From IMG/VR virus record IMGVR_UViG_3300025168_000059: DNA of 20,000 nucleotides. The stretch is one strand, 5' to 3'. The notes under the pieces are model-generated. The model searched no databases. It was not told the DNA's origin and was given only the letters and a program-made list of their open reading frames with translations. The stretch is from an uncultured virus (IMG/VR IMGVR_UViG_3300025168_000059) (lineage: Duplodnaviria; Heunggongvirae; Uroviricota; Caudoviricetes). The position numbers and the translations under genes were made by a program. Positions 6,864-15,899 of this stretch are shown here, one piece after another; within the stretch, counting starts at the first letter, position 1; the number at the start of each line of letters is the position of its first letter.

Positions 6864-7535
6864 ATGGCAAATCAATTAAATGAAGGTGGTAAAGAAAGAG
6901 CACAAGCGCTTATTTCTTCACTAAAAGTAGGTCAAACACTACTAACAAAAGTAATCAGAACCAGTAATCCTAATCTAGTAAGAGCAGAATTAGTGGAGAG
7001 AATTACAAAAAAGAGTAACAACAGTAAATCAACTGATGAAGGAATTATCAGTATGTATGAAATGTCAATGGGTGCTTCAAGCTCATTACAGTATTTCTGG
7101 TCACCTGTTGACTTAGATCACGTAGAAGCGTGGTTAAATATCGATGAATTAGACTTAAGAGGAGTAGAATTTACTACTGAGTATGATTCAAAAGGAGTAG
7201 CAAGAGAAGTTTATTACTTAAATGTACCTCAACCAACAGCTTATGTTAATCCTACAACAGGAGAAGCAGTAGAATACAGAATTAGAGGTAGAATTATAGA
7301 AACTGTTGAAGGTAAAGAGTGGGACATGGATAATGGTAAGTATAAAATCAATCCTTCTACTAAAGAGGCAGTATTACATAATGGACAGTATATTTACTTT
7401 AAAAATACATTTACTTTCACTGAGAACTTAGATGATAACTTTAAAGGTGTACCTCATGTATATCTAGCTTCTGATGCTGTATCTGTGACTTCTAAAGTAG
7501 AAGCTACGCAAGCAGTAGAGTTAGATATGATGTAG
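6864..7535 (+). CDS. Conserved crAss-like protein, putative ssDNA-binding protein
   Basis: 223 aa, beta-rich. RGRIIET...KINPSTKEAVLHNGQYIY...HVYLASD recalls crAss-like SSB annotations (from memory). Stand-alone gene with a terminator. Confidence 0.5.
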   Translation: MANQLNEGGKERAQALISSLKVGQTLLTKVIRTSNPNLVRAELVERITKKSNNSKSTDEGIISMYEMSMGASSSLQYFWSPVDLDHVEAWLNIDELDLRGVEFTTEYDSKGVAREVYYLNVPQPTAYVNPTTGEAVEYRIRGRIIETVEGKEWDMDNGKYKINPSTKEAVLHNGQYIYFKNTFTFTENLDDNFKGVPHVYLASDAVSVTSKVEATQAVELDMM

Positions 7536-7576
7536 GACAACAATTACAGATAAGGCAATCTGTGTTTTGAACAGTT

Positions 7577-7610
7577 AAGGGGACTTTCGAGTCCTCTTTT
7601 CTGTTTTTAT
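7577..7610 (+). terminator. Intrinsic terminator
   Basis: AAGGGGACT-TTCG-AGTCCTCTT followed by TTCTGTTTTT. Confidence 0.85.
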
Positions 7611-7622
7611 ACTAAATTTTGT

Positions 7623-7630
7623 TATATTTG
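7623..7630 (+). promoter_or_regulatory. Bacteroidota -7 promoter element for the polymerase operon
   Basis: TATATTTG, 22 nt upstream of ATG 7653. The -33 element is weak. Confidence 0.55.
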
Positions 7631-7652
7631 TATAACAATTAAATTTATAGAA

Positions 7653-7895
7653 ATGAAGACATACGACAAAGTTCCTATTATTGTAACTGACAAGATAATA
7701 AAAGAAAAGATTAAATTTCAAGGAAAGACAATAATAAGAGAAAGAATAGAAAAAGAGTGGGATATACCAAAGGTAATTACTTCAGACATAGGGTTTCAAC
7801 TTATGTTTGGAATGACGTCAATACCACCAAAGAACAGTCAGCACTGCGGTATAAAGACACTTGAAGTTAATTTACCAAATTTAATAATTAAATAA
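7653..7895 (+). CDS. Hypothetical protein
   Basis: 80-aa ORF directly after the promoter element. Confidence 0.65.
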   Translation: MKTYDKVPIIVTDKIIKEKIKFQGKTIIRERIEKEWDIPKVITSDIGFQLMFGMTSIPPKNSQHCGIKTLEVNLPNLIIK

Positions 7896-7916
7896 TCAAT
7901 TAAAAACACAACTAAC

Positions 7917-8147
7917 ATGGGAAAAATGAAATGGATTTATCAAATGGTGCAAGATGGCACTTCAGAACAATTTATGAAAACATATTTAGAAGCTAAACTA
8001 AACAATAAAGAAGGCTTCATGTTTGATTCACAGTATATTAGTATATTACAAGGCAGATCAATTCTTAGAGAAATGAAAAAAGCTAATAAAGAATATAATA
8101 GATATATAGATGATCAAGCAGAATATCAAAAATACTACGGAGCATGA
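7917..8147 (+). CDS. Hypothetical protein
   Basis: 76 aa (MGKMKWIY...), with ATGA overlap onto polA. Confidence 0.7.
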   Translation: MGKMKWIYQMVQDGTSEQFMKTYLEAKLNNKEGFMFDSQYISILQGRSILREMKKANKEYNRYIDDQAEYQKYYGA

Positions 8148-10045
8148 TATATTTAATAGATGGGACACAAAATACTGCATTGCTTACAGAGCGATATAAT
8201 TTAGGGAATATTAATGATGCTGTAGAATATTGCTCTGATAAAACAGTACTAGGAGTAGACACAGAGACTGAGGGTTTTGATTTCACATCTAAGAAAATGA
8301 TTATGTTTCAAATAGGAGACGAAGACAAACAATTTGTTATAGATACACGAGTTGTTAGTATTGAGCCGCTTAGAGAAATATTAGAGAGTCAGGAAATAGT
8401 TAAAATATTTCATAACGCTAAGTTTGACTACAAGTTTATTAAACGCTGGGCAGATATAGAATGTGAGGGTATTTATGATACATTCCTTACTGAGCGTGTT
8501 TTAAACTGCGGTAGAGATGGAGTTAGATACGGACTTAAAGATGTTTGTAAAAAATACCTAAATGTTGAGTTAAACAAAGAGGTAAGAAATCAATTTATAG
8601 GGTTAACAGGTCAACCGTTTCGTGACGATCAAATAGTTTATGGGGCTAAAGATGTAGAGTATTTAATAGGTGTACGAAACCACCAGCTCCCATTGATAGA
8701 CAGAGCTAAACTAAATAATGTAGTTGATTTAGAAAATGAAGCTGTTAAATCATTTGCAGACATAGAATATAATGGTTTAAATCTAGATACAGAAGCATGG
8801 AAAAAGATTGAAGCTGTTAATCAAGATAAAGCAGAGACTTTAGAGGAAAGTTTAGATGATATGATAAGAGTTGATGCAAGAGTTAAACATTTTGTTTCTA
8901 GATACATACAGACAGACATGTTTACACCAACCGAAGACATTAGAGATATAGATGTTAAATGGAGCTCCCCTAAACAAGCTCTTGACGTCTTTCAATGTTT
9001 AGTCCCTAAACTTGAGAATGTTAACGGTAAACAAATGTATAAATATAGATTTAAATATCCTTTGATAGATAAATATGTAAAGTACAAAGAAGCAATGAAG
9101 TTGTGCACCTCTTATGGGGACGCATTCTTTAAGAATTTAGCTTCAGATAATAAAATTCATACCAATTTTCACCAGATACTAGACACCGGCCGTGTAAGTA
9201 GCAGTAAACCTAATATGCAGCAGATACCTGCTGATAATATATACAGGAACTGTTTCATCGCACCCGATGGTTGGAGTTTTGTCAGTGCTGATTATTCTTC
9301 ACAAGAGTTAAATGTCATAGCTTATGGTAGCAAAGATCCAGTTTGGATAGCAGCGCTAAAGAATAATGAAGACCTGCACTCCACGTGTGCCGAGTTAGTA
9401 TATGGTGATCAATGGTTAACTAGTGGGGAGGATAACTGTGTTTACATGAGTAAAAAACAAAAATGTAATTGTCCTTCACACAAAAAACTTAGAACAAATG
9501 TCAAAACTATTAATTTCGGTCTTGCTTACGGGATGGGCCCTAATAAGCTTTCTGATACTCTTAACATCAGTTTGGAGGCAGCTAAAGAGCTCATCGAAAA
9601 ATACTTCAAAGCATTCCCATCAATCGAAGGATTCTTAGATAAACTAGGTAACTATGGTAAAAAGTATGGTTATATTAAAACATTCCCTCCTTATAATAGA
9701 AAGAGATGGTTTAGTAACTGGTACCCAAAGATTTGGAACAATAAATCATCTATGATGGAGCTTGGTAGTATTGAACGAGCATCTAAGAACACACCTATAC
9801 AAGGAGCTAGTGCAGATATGACTAAGAAAGCATTGATACTAATGCGTGATCATATCAAAGAAGTAAACGCTCCTGTTAAACTAGTAATGACTGTACATGA
9901 TCAGATAGATACTATATGTTCTAATGAATATGTAAATCAATGGACAATCGATATGAAAGGTTTAATGGAGCATGCAGCTAATGAGATAGTAACCAATGGC
10001 TTGCTAAAAGCTGAGGTAACAGTTAGTGATTGTTGGGAGAAATAA
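8144..10045 (+). CDS. polA: DNA polymerase family A with 3'-5' exonuclease domain
   Basis: ExoI VDTETEG, ExoII HNAKFD, ExoIII YGAKD; TGRVSSSKPNMQQIP; motif A ADYSSQEL; motif B RTNVKTINFGLAYG; motif C VHDQ. No 5'-3' exonuclease domain. Confidence 0.96.
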   Translation: MIYLIDGTQNTALLTERYNLGNINDAVEYCSDKTVLGVDTETEGFDFTSKKMIMFQIGDEDKQFVIDTRVVSIEPLREILESQEIVKIFHNAKFDYKFIKRWADIECEGIYDTFLTERVLNCGRDGVRYGLKDVCKKYLNVELNKEVRNQFIGLTGQPFRDDQIVYGAKDVEYLIGVRNHQLPLIDRAKLNNVVDLENEAVKSFADIEYNGLNLDTEAWKKIEAVNQDKAETLEESLDDMIRVDARVKHFVSRYIQTDMFTPTEDIRDIDVKWSSPKQALDVFQCLVPKLENVNGKQMYKYRFKYPLIDKYVKYKEAMKLCTSYGDAFFKNLASDNKIHTNFHQILDTGRVSSSKPNMQQIPADNIYRNCFIAPDGWSFVSADYSSQELNVIAYGSKDPVWIAALKNNEDLHSTCAELVYGDQWLTSGEDNCVYMSKKQKCNCPSHKKLRTNVKTINFGLAYGMGPNKLSDTLNISLEAAKELIEKYFKAFPSIEGFLDKLGNYGKKYGYIKTFPPYNRKRWFSNWYPKIWNNKSSMMELGSIERASKNTPIQGASADMTKKALILMRDHIKEVNAPVKLVMTVHDQIDTICSNEYVNQWTIDMKGLMEHAANEIVTNGLLKAEVTVSDCWEK

Positions 10046-10048
10046 TAT

Positions 10049-10161
10049 AAAAGAGGTGGGTATTAAAGTAGCTAAATCCTATGCCAAGGGTTGTTACAAA
10101 TAGATAGCATGCTAAAGAGGGCTTTCCTCGCTATCGGTCTGATTCAACTCACCTCTTTTTT
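10049..10161 (+). other. Stem-closed structured intergenic element with U tract
   Basis: 13-bp AAAAGAGGTGGGT/ACTCACCTCTTTT enclosing GATAGC/GCTATC and GAGG/CCTC helices. Confidence 0.55.
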
Positions 10162-10178
10162 AACTAAAATATATAACT

Positions 10179-10574
10179 ATGAAAGTAAAACACCACGTAG
10201 CACAACAAATATTAGACGAACAAGACTATGAAAAAAATAATGGTCCTATTGATATGACTGCAGATCAATTGTGGAAATACAGTGGGAAAGTTGAGCCTTA
10301 TACGGCAGAGTATCTTAATATACTTCAAGATGAAAACGAGCGTGTTGAGTTTATAAGATACTATAAAAGAAGAATTAAAGATAAAAATATTTTTCTTCTC
10401 CTTAACTCAACAGAGAGCAGGATAATAGATTATTTCTATACAACAAAATCAAACTTAAGTTTAATACAGATGAGTAAAGATTTAGGACACAGTAAAACAT
10501 ATATAAGTAGCATTATTAGTAAACATTTAAAAATACAAAAAGATGATAAGAACAACACAGGTAAGCTCCCTTAA
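10179..10574 (+). CDS. Hypothetical protein with C-terminal HTH
   Basis: LNSTESRII...LSLIQMSKDLGHSKTYISSII resembles a sigma region 4-type HTH. Confidence 0.65.
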   Translation: MKVKHHVAQQILDEQDYEKNNGPIDMTADQLWKYSGKVEPYTAEYLNILQDENERVEFIRYYKRRIKDKNIFLLLNSTESRIIDYFYTTKSNLSLIQMSKDLGHSKTYISSIISKHLKIQKDDKNNTGKLP

Positions 10575-10794
10575 AAAGCTAAAGAATTTAGATGGTAAGA
10601 GAAAAACTGTCTATGATATAATAAAAGTTAAAGGTAAGGCTACAAACAGGATGATAGCTAAGGCTTTAAGTTGGGATATAAATAGAGTTACAGGCAGAGT
10701 TACAGAACTAGTTGGATTAGGGATGGTTACATCAGATGGCACATACAAAGATAAAGAAACTAACAGAACTGTTACATTATGGAAAGCGCTGTGA
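10543..10794 (+). CDS. Winged-helix DNA-binding protein
   Basis: VYDII...ATNRMIAKALSWDINRVTGRVTELVGLGMV...VTLW. Confidence 0.75.
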   Translation: MIRTTQVSSLKKLKNLDGKRKTVYDIIKVKGKATNRMIAKALSWDINRVTGRVTELVGLGMVTSDGTYKDKETNRTVTLWKAL

Positions 10795-11951
10795 CTCAAA
10801 AGATTAACCAAATAAGAGATAAAGAACAAAGGAAAGCCCTTAATAACTGGGCTGGTCAAGGGTTTATAGGTTCTATTATTGCGGGTACAGGTTTTGGTAA
10901 ATCGAGAGTTGGGGTTTTAGCTGTACATTATGCTGTTAAAGATGGGGGTAAAGCACTTATACTAGTGCCTACAGTTCAGCTTCAAGAGCAGTTTAAACAA
11001 GAGTTTGTAAAATGGGGTCTTGATGACTGCTTAGATAATATAGAAGTACTGTGCTATCAAACTGCTTATAAATTAAAAGGTGAACAGTATAGTATTGTAA
11101 TTTGTGATGAGGTCCATTTAGGATTAAGTCCTGAGTATCGTAAGTTTTTTAAATACAATATGTACGATAAACTACTATGTATGACTGCTACACTGCCTGA
11201 AGAGGAAGAGTACAGAGATATTTTAAAAAAACTAGCACCTACCGCATACTCTATAACTTTAGATAAATGTGTTAAGCTAGGTATAGTTAGTCCTTATAAT
11301 ATTACCTGTGTACCTGTTAAACTTACTAGTAAAGAGAAAGAAAGTTATAAAAAAATTAACAATAAATTTTTATATTACAAATTTAGCCTTGGTCAATTTG
11401 ACGCTTTTAATGAAGCAAAAAGAATATTAGGAGACGTAAATGCGGCACCTTCACAGAAGCAAGCAGCAGTACAATTTTATAGATGCATACGAGAACGAAA
11501 GAAAATTGTAGACTTTGCAGCTAGTAAAATAGTTAAGTTTCAAGAGATTTATAAGCAGAATACAAATAAAAAAATTCTTGTTTTTAGTGGTGCAAATAAC
11601 TTTACAGATGAACTGTGCAATTCTATAGCTCCCAATGCTATGTCTTACCATTCTAAGAAGACTAAAAAGCAAAAAGAGTTAGCTTTAGAATCTTTTAAAA
11701 CTAACAAGATCAGTGTGTTATGCTCTACTAAAGCGTTAAATCAAGGCTTTGATGTACCTGACGCTAACATGGGGGTAATATGTGGTATTACTAGTAAATC
11801 TCTATCTATGATCCAAAGAGTAGGTAGACTTATAAGATTTCAAGAAGGTAAAGTAGGGGAAATTATAATCTTATATGTTAAAGATAGTCAAGAAGAAAAA
11901 TGGCTAAAAAATGCAGTAAGAAATTTAAACAATATAGTATGGACAATATAA
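10779..11951 (+). CDS. Superfamily 2 (DExH) helicase
   Basis: GTGFGKS, LVPT, DEVH, MTAT, QGFDVP and QRVGRLIR motifs. Confidence 0.92.
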   Translation: MESAVTQKINQIRDKEQRKALNNWAGQGFIGSIIAGTGFGKSRVGVLAVHYAVKDGGKALILVPTVQLQEQFKQEFVKWGLDDCLDNIEVLCYQTAYKLKGEQYSIVICDEVHLGLSPEYRKFFKYNMYDKLLCMTATLPEEEEYRDILKKLAPTAYSITLDKCVKLGIVSPYNITCVPVKLTSKEKESYKKINNKFLYYKFSLGQFDAFNEAKRILGDVNAAPSQKQAAVQFYRCIRERKKIVDFAASKIVKFQEIYKQNTNKKILVFSGANNFTDELCNSIAPNAMSYHSKKTKKQKELALESFKTNKISVLCSTKALNQGFDVPDANMGVICGITSKSLSMIQRVGRLIRFQEGKVGEIIILYVKDSQEEKWLKNAVRNLNNIVWTI

Positions 11952-11962
11952 TGTTTAGAAAA

Positions 11963-11994
11963 TTTGTATACTATGAAATAGTTTGTTATATTTG
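11963..11994 (+). promoter_or_regulatory. Bacteroidota promoter for the replication operon
   Basis: TTTG (11963-11966), 20-nt spacer, TATATTTG (11987-11994). Confidence 0.75.
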
Positions 11995-12045
11995 TCACAG
12001 ATTAAAATTAAAGTATAATAAATTCTTTTATAAGTTTTTACTGCC

Positions 12046-12597
12046 ATGAAAATTGATATAGACTTCGAAATATTGTTAGAGACAAATATGTCTGCTGATG
12101 ACTTTACTTACCTATATCTACTATATAAGAAAGAATATAGTTATATACCCAATCTTAATCTTAAACCAAATTTAGACAAGTTACAAGAAGCTGGATATAT
12201 AAAGTTAGGTGAAACATCTGATCATCATATAATTAGACAAGAGTTCATAGATCTTTTTTCTAATGATTTTGATCAGATGTTCGCTGAGCTTATATCTACA
12301 TATCCAATGAAAGTTACAACATCTAATAGAAGCACTAGAGTGTTACATGCTAAGGATCCAGATGCTAAGGCTAATTTGAAATGTAAACTAAGGTATAAAA
12401 GAATAGTTGGAGATAAAATGTATAAACATAGGAACATAATGAAATGTTTAGACAATCAACTAAAAATAGAACGAGATAACCTTGGGTATTTACAAAATTT
12501 AGAAACCTGGATTAATAACCATACTTGGGAAAAGTATGAAAACTTAGACGAACATGACACAAGAGAAACTGCCTCACGGATCACAAGATCCCTTTAA
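12046..12597 (+). CDS. Putative replication initiator / helicase loader
   Basis: Directly upstream of and overlapping the DnaB-like gene. F..L...YP and a C-terminal TWINNHTWEKY are typical of phage replisome-organiser-like proteins. Confidence 0.55.
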   Translation: MKIDIDFEILLETNMSADDFTYLYLLYKKEYSYIPNLNLKPNLDKLQEAGYIKLGETSDHHIIRQEFIDLFSNDFDQMFAELISTYPMKVTTSNRSTRVLHAKDPDAKANLKCKLRYKRIVGDKMYKHRNIMKCLDNQLKIERDNLGYLQNLETWINNHTWEKYENLDEHDTRETASRITRSL

Positions 12598-13501
12598 AAA
12601 ACACGGATTTAAAAGTATAAAACAATCAGTATCAACATCTTTAACAGAGATTAGAACTGGTATGTATGGAAAGAGACGTGTGTACCCCACTAAATGGGAA
12701 AGATTGAATACTAATTTACTAGGAGGATTGCAGCCTGGTAAAATGTATGTTGTTGCTGGACGACCTGGTGTAGGTAAATCAGCGTTTAGTAACCAAATGA
12801 TTTTTGACTTGTTAGACAATAACAAAGACAAAAAATTAATTGTATTGTATTGGAGCTTCGAGATGCCTGGCTATCAACAGATACTGAGAGCTGGTGCAAA
12901 AGGAGCAAATAAGCAAGTTAGTGAATTGCTATCAGTACAAGAAACATTAAAACAGGAGGAGTATGAAAAGTATAGGAATGAAGTTATTAAGTATAATGAA
13001 TATCCTATTTACTTTAATAATATACCTAGAGACATAGAGTTTATTAAAAATACAAATATAGAGGTAACAAATAATTACCCAGACTCTACTATTATAAATG
13101 TATTTGACCATTCTAGACTAATTCTTAGTGGTAAAGACCAAGAACTGCAAAAGCTAAATGAAGTTAGTAAAGGTTGTATGTGGATGCAAGCTAAGATAGG
13201 GTGTATAAATATACTCTTATCACAGCTAAATCGTAACATAGAACAAGAATACCGTGCTAAAGCGCAGTATCAGCCATTGCTAACAGATTTGTTTGGCGGT
13301 GACAGTATAGGTCAAGATGCACATGTTGTTTTAATGCTACAAAGGCCCCATGATTTATATGGTATTACAGACACATATTGTGGAGAAAGTCCTATTAAAC
13401 TGTTAGCTGTACACGTAGAGAAAAATCGTGACGGCTTATTAGGTATGATACCGTATGAGGCAGAAATGTCAACATTTACTATTAACGAAAGAAAGAAATA
13501 A
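12554..13501 (+). CDS. dnaB: DnaB-like (SF4) replicative helicase, ATPase domain only
   Basis: AGRPGVGKS, SFEM, LSQLNR, GDSIGQDAHVV and KNRDG motifs. Confidence 0.92.
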   Translation: MTQEKLPHGSQDPFKKHGFKSIKQSVSTSLTEIRTGMYGKRRVYPTKWERLNTNLLGGLQPGKMYVVAGRPGVGKSAFSNQMIFDLLDNNKDKKLIVLYWSFEMPGYQQILRAGAKGANKQVSELLSVQETLKQEEYEKYRNEVIKYNEYPIYFNNIPRDIEFIKNTNIEVTNNYPDSTIINVFDHSRLILSGKDQELQKLNEVSKGCMWMQAKIGCINILLSQLNRNIEQEYRAKAQYQPLLTDLFGGDSIGQDAHVVLMLQRPHDLYGITDTYCGESPIKLLAVHVEKNRDGLLGMIPYEAEMSTFTINERKK

Positions 13502-13659
13502 TGTTTAAAAAATTAATTAAAGTATTCACAAAAGTGGATCAAAATGAAAAATTACTTAAAAATTTAAAAAATTATGAGCAAAAGGAATGCCAAAAACAAA
13601 GCAAAAGTAGCAATCTTAAACGAGATAAACTACACAGACAAAAGAATGAAAAGGTTTAA
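13501..13659 (+). CDS. Small hypothetical protein (52 aa)
   Basis: TAATG coupling with dnaB; MFKKLIKVFTKVDQNEKLL... Overlaps the next small ORF substantially. Confidence 0.35.
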   Translation: MFKKLIKVFTKVDQNEKLLKNLKNYEQKECQKQSKSSNLKRDKLHRQKNEKV

Positions 13660-13732
13660 AAATAATGAAGATGAGCTTTCAAGATTAAAATCTAAAAGAG
13701 ATACTTTAAGGAATAAATTAAAAACTAAATAA
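13574..13732 (+). CDS. Small basic coiled-coil protein (52 aa)
   Basis: Manual translation: MSKRNAKNKAKVAILNEINYTDKRMKRFKNNEDELSRLKSKRDTLRNKLKTK. A-rich leader; stop lies 1 nt before ATG 13734. Confidence 0.55.
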   Translation: MSKRNAKNKAKVAILNEINYTDKRMKRFKNNEDELSRLKSKRDTLRNKLKTK

Positions 13733-13733
13733 T

Positions 13734-14501
13734 ATGGGACCACAAAGCCGATATAATGTAGAACAAATGCTTGAGAAAGCACATACAAAAAAAGAAAATA
13801 ATATGGAATTACCAAAAACAAAGGTAAAGGCTAGCCGTAAATCGCCTAAGAATATGATAATATATGGTCCACCTAAAATAGGTAAGACTACAATACTATC
13901 AGAGTTAGATAACTGTTTAATTATAGATTTAGAAGACGGTTCTGATATGGTTGATGCTTTAAAAATTAAAGTAACTAACCTTAAAGAGCTGGCTGATGTA
14001 GGTAGAGAAATAATTAAACAAGGGAAACCATATAAGTATATTGCTATTGACACTATATCTAAACTAGAAGAGTGGTGTGAAGCCGAGGGTAAAAAAATTT
14101 ATATGCAAACACCTATGGGTAAAAATTTTGATACAAAAAATCCAGGTATGTCAATATTAGCACTGCCTAACGGCGCAGGTTATTTATATTTGCGGATGGC
14201 ATACAAAAAGTGGATTGATAGATTAAATTTACTTGCTGATAGAATTATACTAGTAGGCCACTTAAAAGATAAGATGCTAGAAAAGAAAGGTAAAGAAGTT
14301 TCTGTTAAAGATCTTGACTTAACTGGTAAAATAAAACAAATTACATGCGCTAATGCAGATGCTGTAGGCTATATATATAGAGAAGGAGATGAGACTATGG
14401 TTTCGTTTAACTCTTTAGATGATGTAACTGCAGGTTCTAGATGCGACCACTTAAAAGGTCAGACTATACCTATGAAATGGTCATCAATATTTATAGATTA
14501 A
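13734..14501 (+). CDS. AAA_24 / Sak4-like P-loop ATPase
   Basis: IIYGPPKIGKTT, IIDLEDG, IAIDTI, ILVGH and ADAVGY motifs. The true start may be ATG 13803. Confidence 0.85.
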   Translation: MGPQSRYNVEQMLEKAHTKKENNMELPKTKVKASRKSPKNMIIYGPPKIGKTTILSELDNCLIIDLEDGSDMVDALKIKVTNLKELADVGREIIKQGKPYKYIAIDTISKLEEWCEAEGKKIYMQTPMGKNFDTKNPGMSILALPNGAGYLYLRMAYKKWIDRLNLLADRIILVGHLKDKMLEKKGKEVSVKDLDLTGKIKQITCANADAVGYIYREGDETMVSFNSLDDVTAGSRCDHLKGQTIPMKWSSIFID

Positions 14502-14520
14502 TTAATTAAACACAAAAAAA

Positions 14521-15090
14521 ATGATTGAAATGAAAAAGCAAGTCACACCAGGTGAAACTCCTGCAAAAATTACTGTTTCTATGATCGACCAAGATCTTAA
14601 AGACGGTGTAAACAAGTCAGAAATGGCTGTTAAGTATGGGATTAAACCATGGGAAGTAGATGAGATGTTTAAACATCCACTCCTTAAAGGTAGAAGACCA
14701 GCTAGAAAGAGAACTTTATCTTTTAGTTTTGTAGATGATATGACTACAAACACAGCAGAAGAAGTTACTGTAGATCCTAATCAAATAACTTTAGAAGACG
14801 CTATAGACGAAGCTATTGAGTCAGTTGAAGAAGTTAAAGATCAAATGCAACAAACTCAAGAAGCTATTATAGACATGTTAAGTCCTACAGAATTAGAAAC
14901 TCCTGCAGAAAGTTTATTAAAAGCTGAAGCAGACGCTACTACAAGTAAAGTTGAAGAACAAGACTGGGTAGATGCAGCTACAAAAGAAGAGGAAATAGAA
15001 CTTCCAACTTTTGAAGATACCTTAGATTTAGTAAAAGAGCAGCAAGCAGAAGAACTAGAAGATGAAGACGATAATACGTTTGAATTATAA
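14521..15090 (+). CDS. Hypothetical protein with N-terminal HTH-like part and very acidic C-terminal half
   Basis: DLKDGVNKSEMAVKYGIKPWEVDEMF followed by an E/D-rich tail. Confidence 0.7.
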   Translation: MIEMKKQVTPGETPAKITVSMIDQDLKDGVNKSEMAVKYGIKPWEVDEMFKHPLLKGRRPARKRTLSFSFVDDMTTNTAEEVTVDPNQITLEDAIDEAIESVEEVKDQMQQTQEAIIDMLSPTELETPAESLLKAEADATTSKVEEQDWVDAATKEEEIELPTFEDTLDLVKEQQAEELEDEDDNTFEL

Positions 15091-15117
15091 TTAATTAACC
15101 AATAAAAATATATAAAA

Positions 15118-15897
15118 ATGGCAATACAAAGTAATGCAAGTACAACAGAAGTAGTAGGAGGAATAAAAACATTCTCCGGTTTAACAAATGTAAAAGTTTT
15201 AGCAGTAAATCCAACAATGGCAGAATTACATGCAATGGACATTAATGTTAAACAAGAACCTAATTATAAAGTATCATTTAGTGACCAAGATTACAATAAA
15301 GTTGTATTTTGGCTTTCTAATAGAGATGGTAACTTCAAATTAGAAATATTAATGACAAATACTCCTAGAGTTTCACAACAAGGAAAACACCAGTGGATTA
15401 ATGCTGTTGGTCAATCTACGTGGTCTACAGATGAACCAAGTTACGAGTGGTGGAAGTCAGAGGGTCAAAGAAAAGCTTATGTAGGAGAAGAAACATTAAT
15501 TAACTTTGTTAAAGCGTGGGCTAATGTAGCATCTGGAGATGATGTATCTTTTGATACTATGGATGCTATAGCTAACGGAGATTTAGCAGAAATTAAAGCT
15601 TTAATAACTGCTCTTCAAGATAATGAAGTTAGAGTTCTTATAGGTGTAAAAGATGATAAGTATCAACAAGTCTACACTAAATATTTTGGTAGAGTAAAAC
15701 CTCAAAGAAATGATTTATTTGTAAAAGCACTTAATGATGATTATGGTTCTTTTAATGCTGACTTTAACGCTGATCTAGTTTGGGGTACACATAGACCAAC
15801 TAGTGAACTAATTTCACCAGATGCTCCAGCAGAAGATGAAGATTGGACTGCAGAGCCTGTAGCGGCTAACGGTCAAACTGACGATTTACCATTCTAA
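15118..15897 (+). CDS. Putative SSB-like / recombination accessory protein
   Basis: Acidic tail ending DDLPF, like a bacterial SSB C-terminus. Lies between the Sak4-like ATPase and primase. Confidence 0.6.
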   Translation: MAIQSNASTTEVVGGIKTFSGLTNVKVLAVNPTMAELHAMDINVKQEPNYKVSFSDQDYNKVVFWLSNRDGNFKLEILMTNTPRVSQQGKHQWINAVGQSTWSTDEPSYEWWKSEGQRKAYVGEETLINFVKAWANVASGDDVSFDTMDAIANGDLAEIKALITALQDNEVRVLIGVKDDKYQQVYTKYFGRVKPQRNDLFVKALNDDYGSFNADFNADLVWGTHRPTSELISPDAPAEDEDWTAEPVAANGQTDDLPF

Positions 15898-15899
15898 TA

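Noticed and set aside
8144..13501. Intein or intron in polA or the helicases
   Set aside because: Lengths are normal and motifs are contiguous; the same holds for the visible part of terL.
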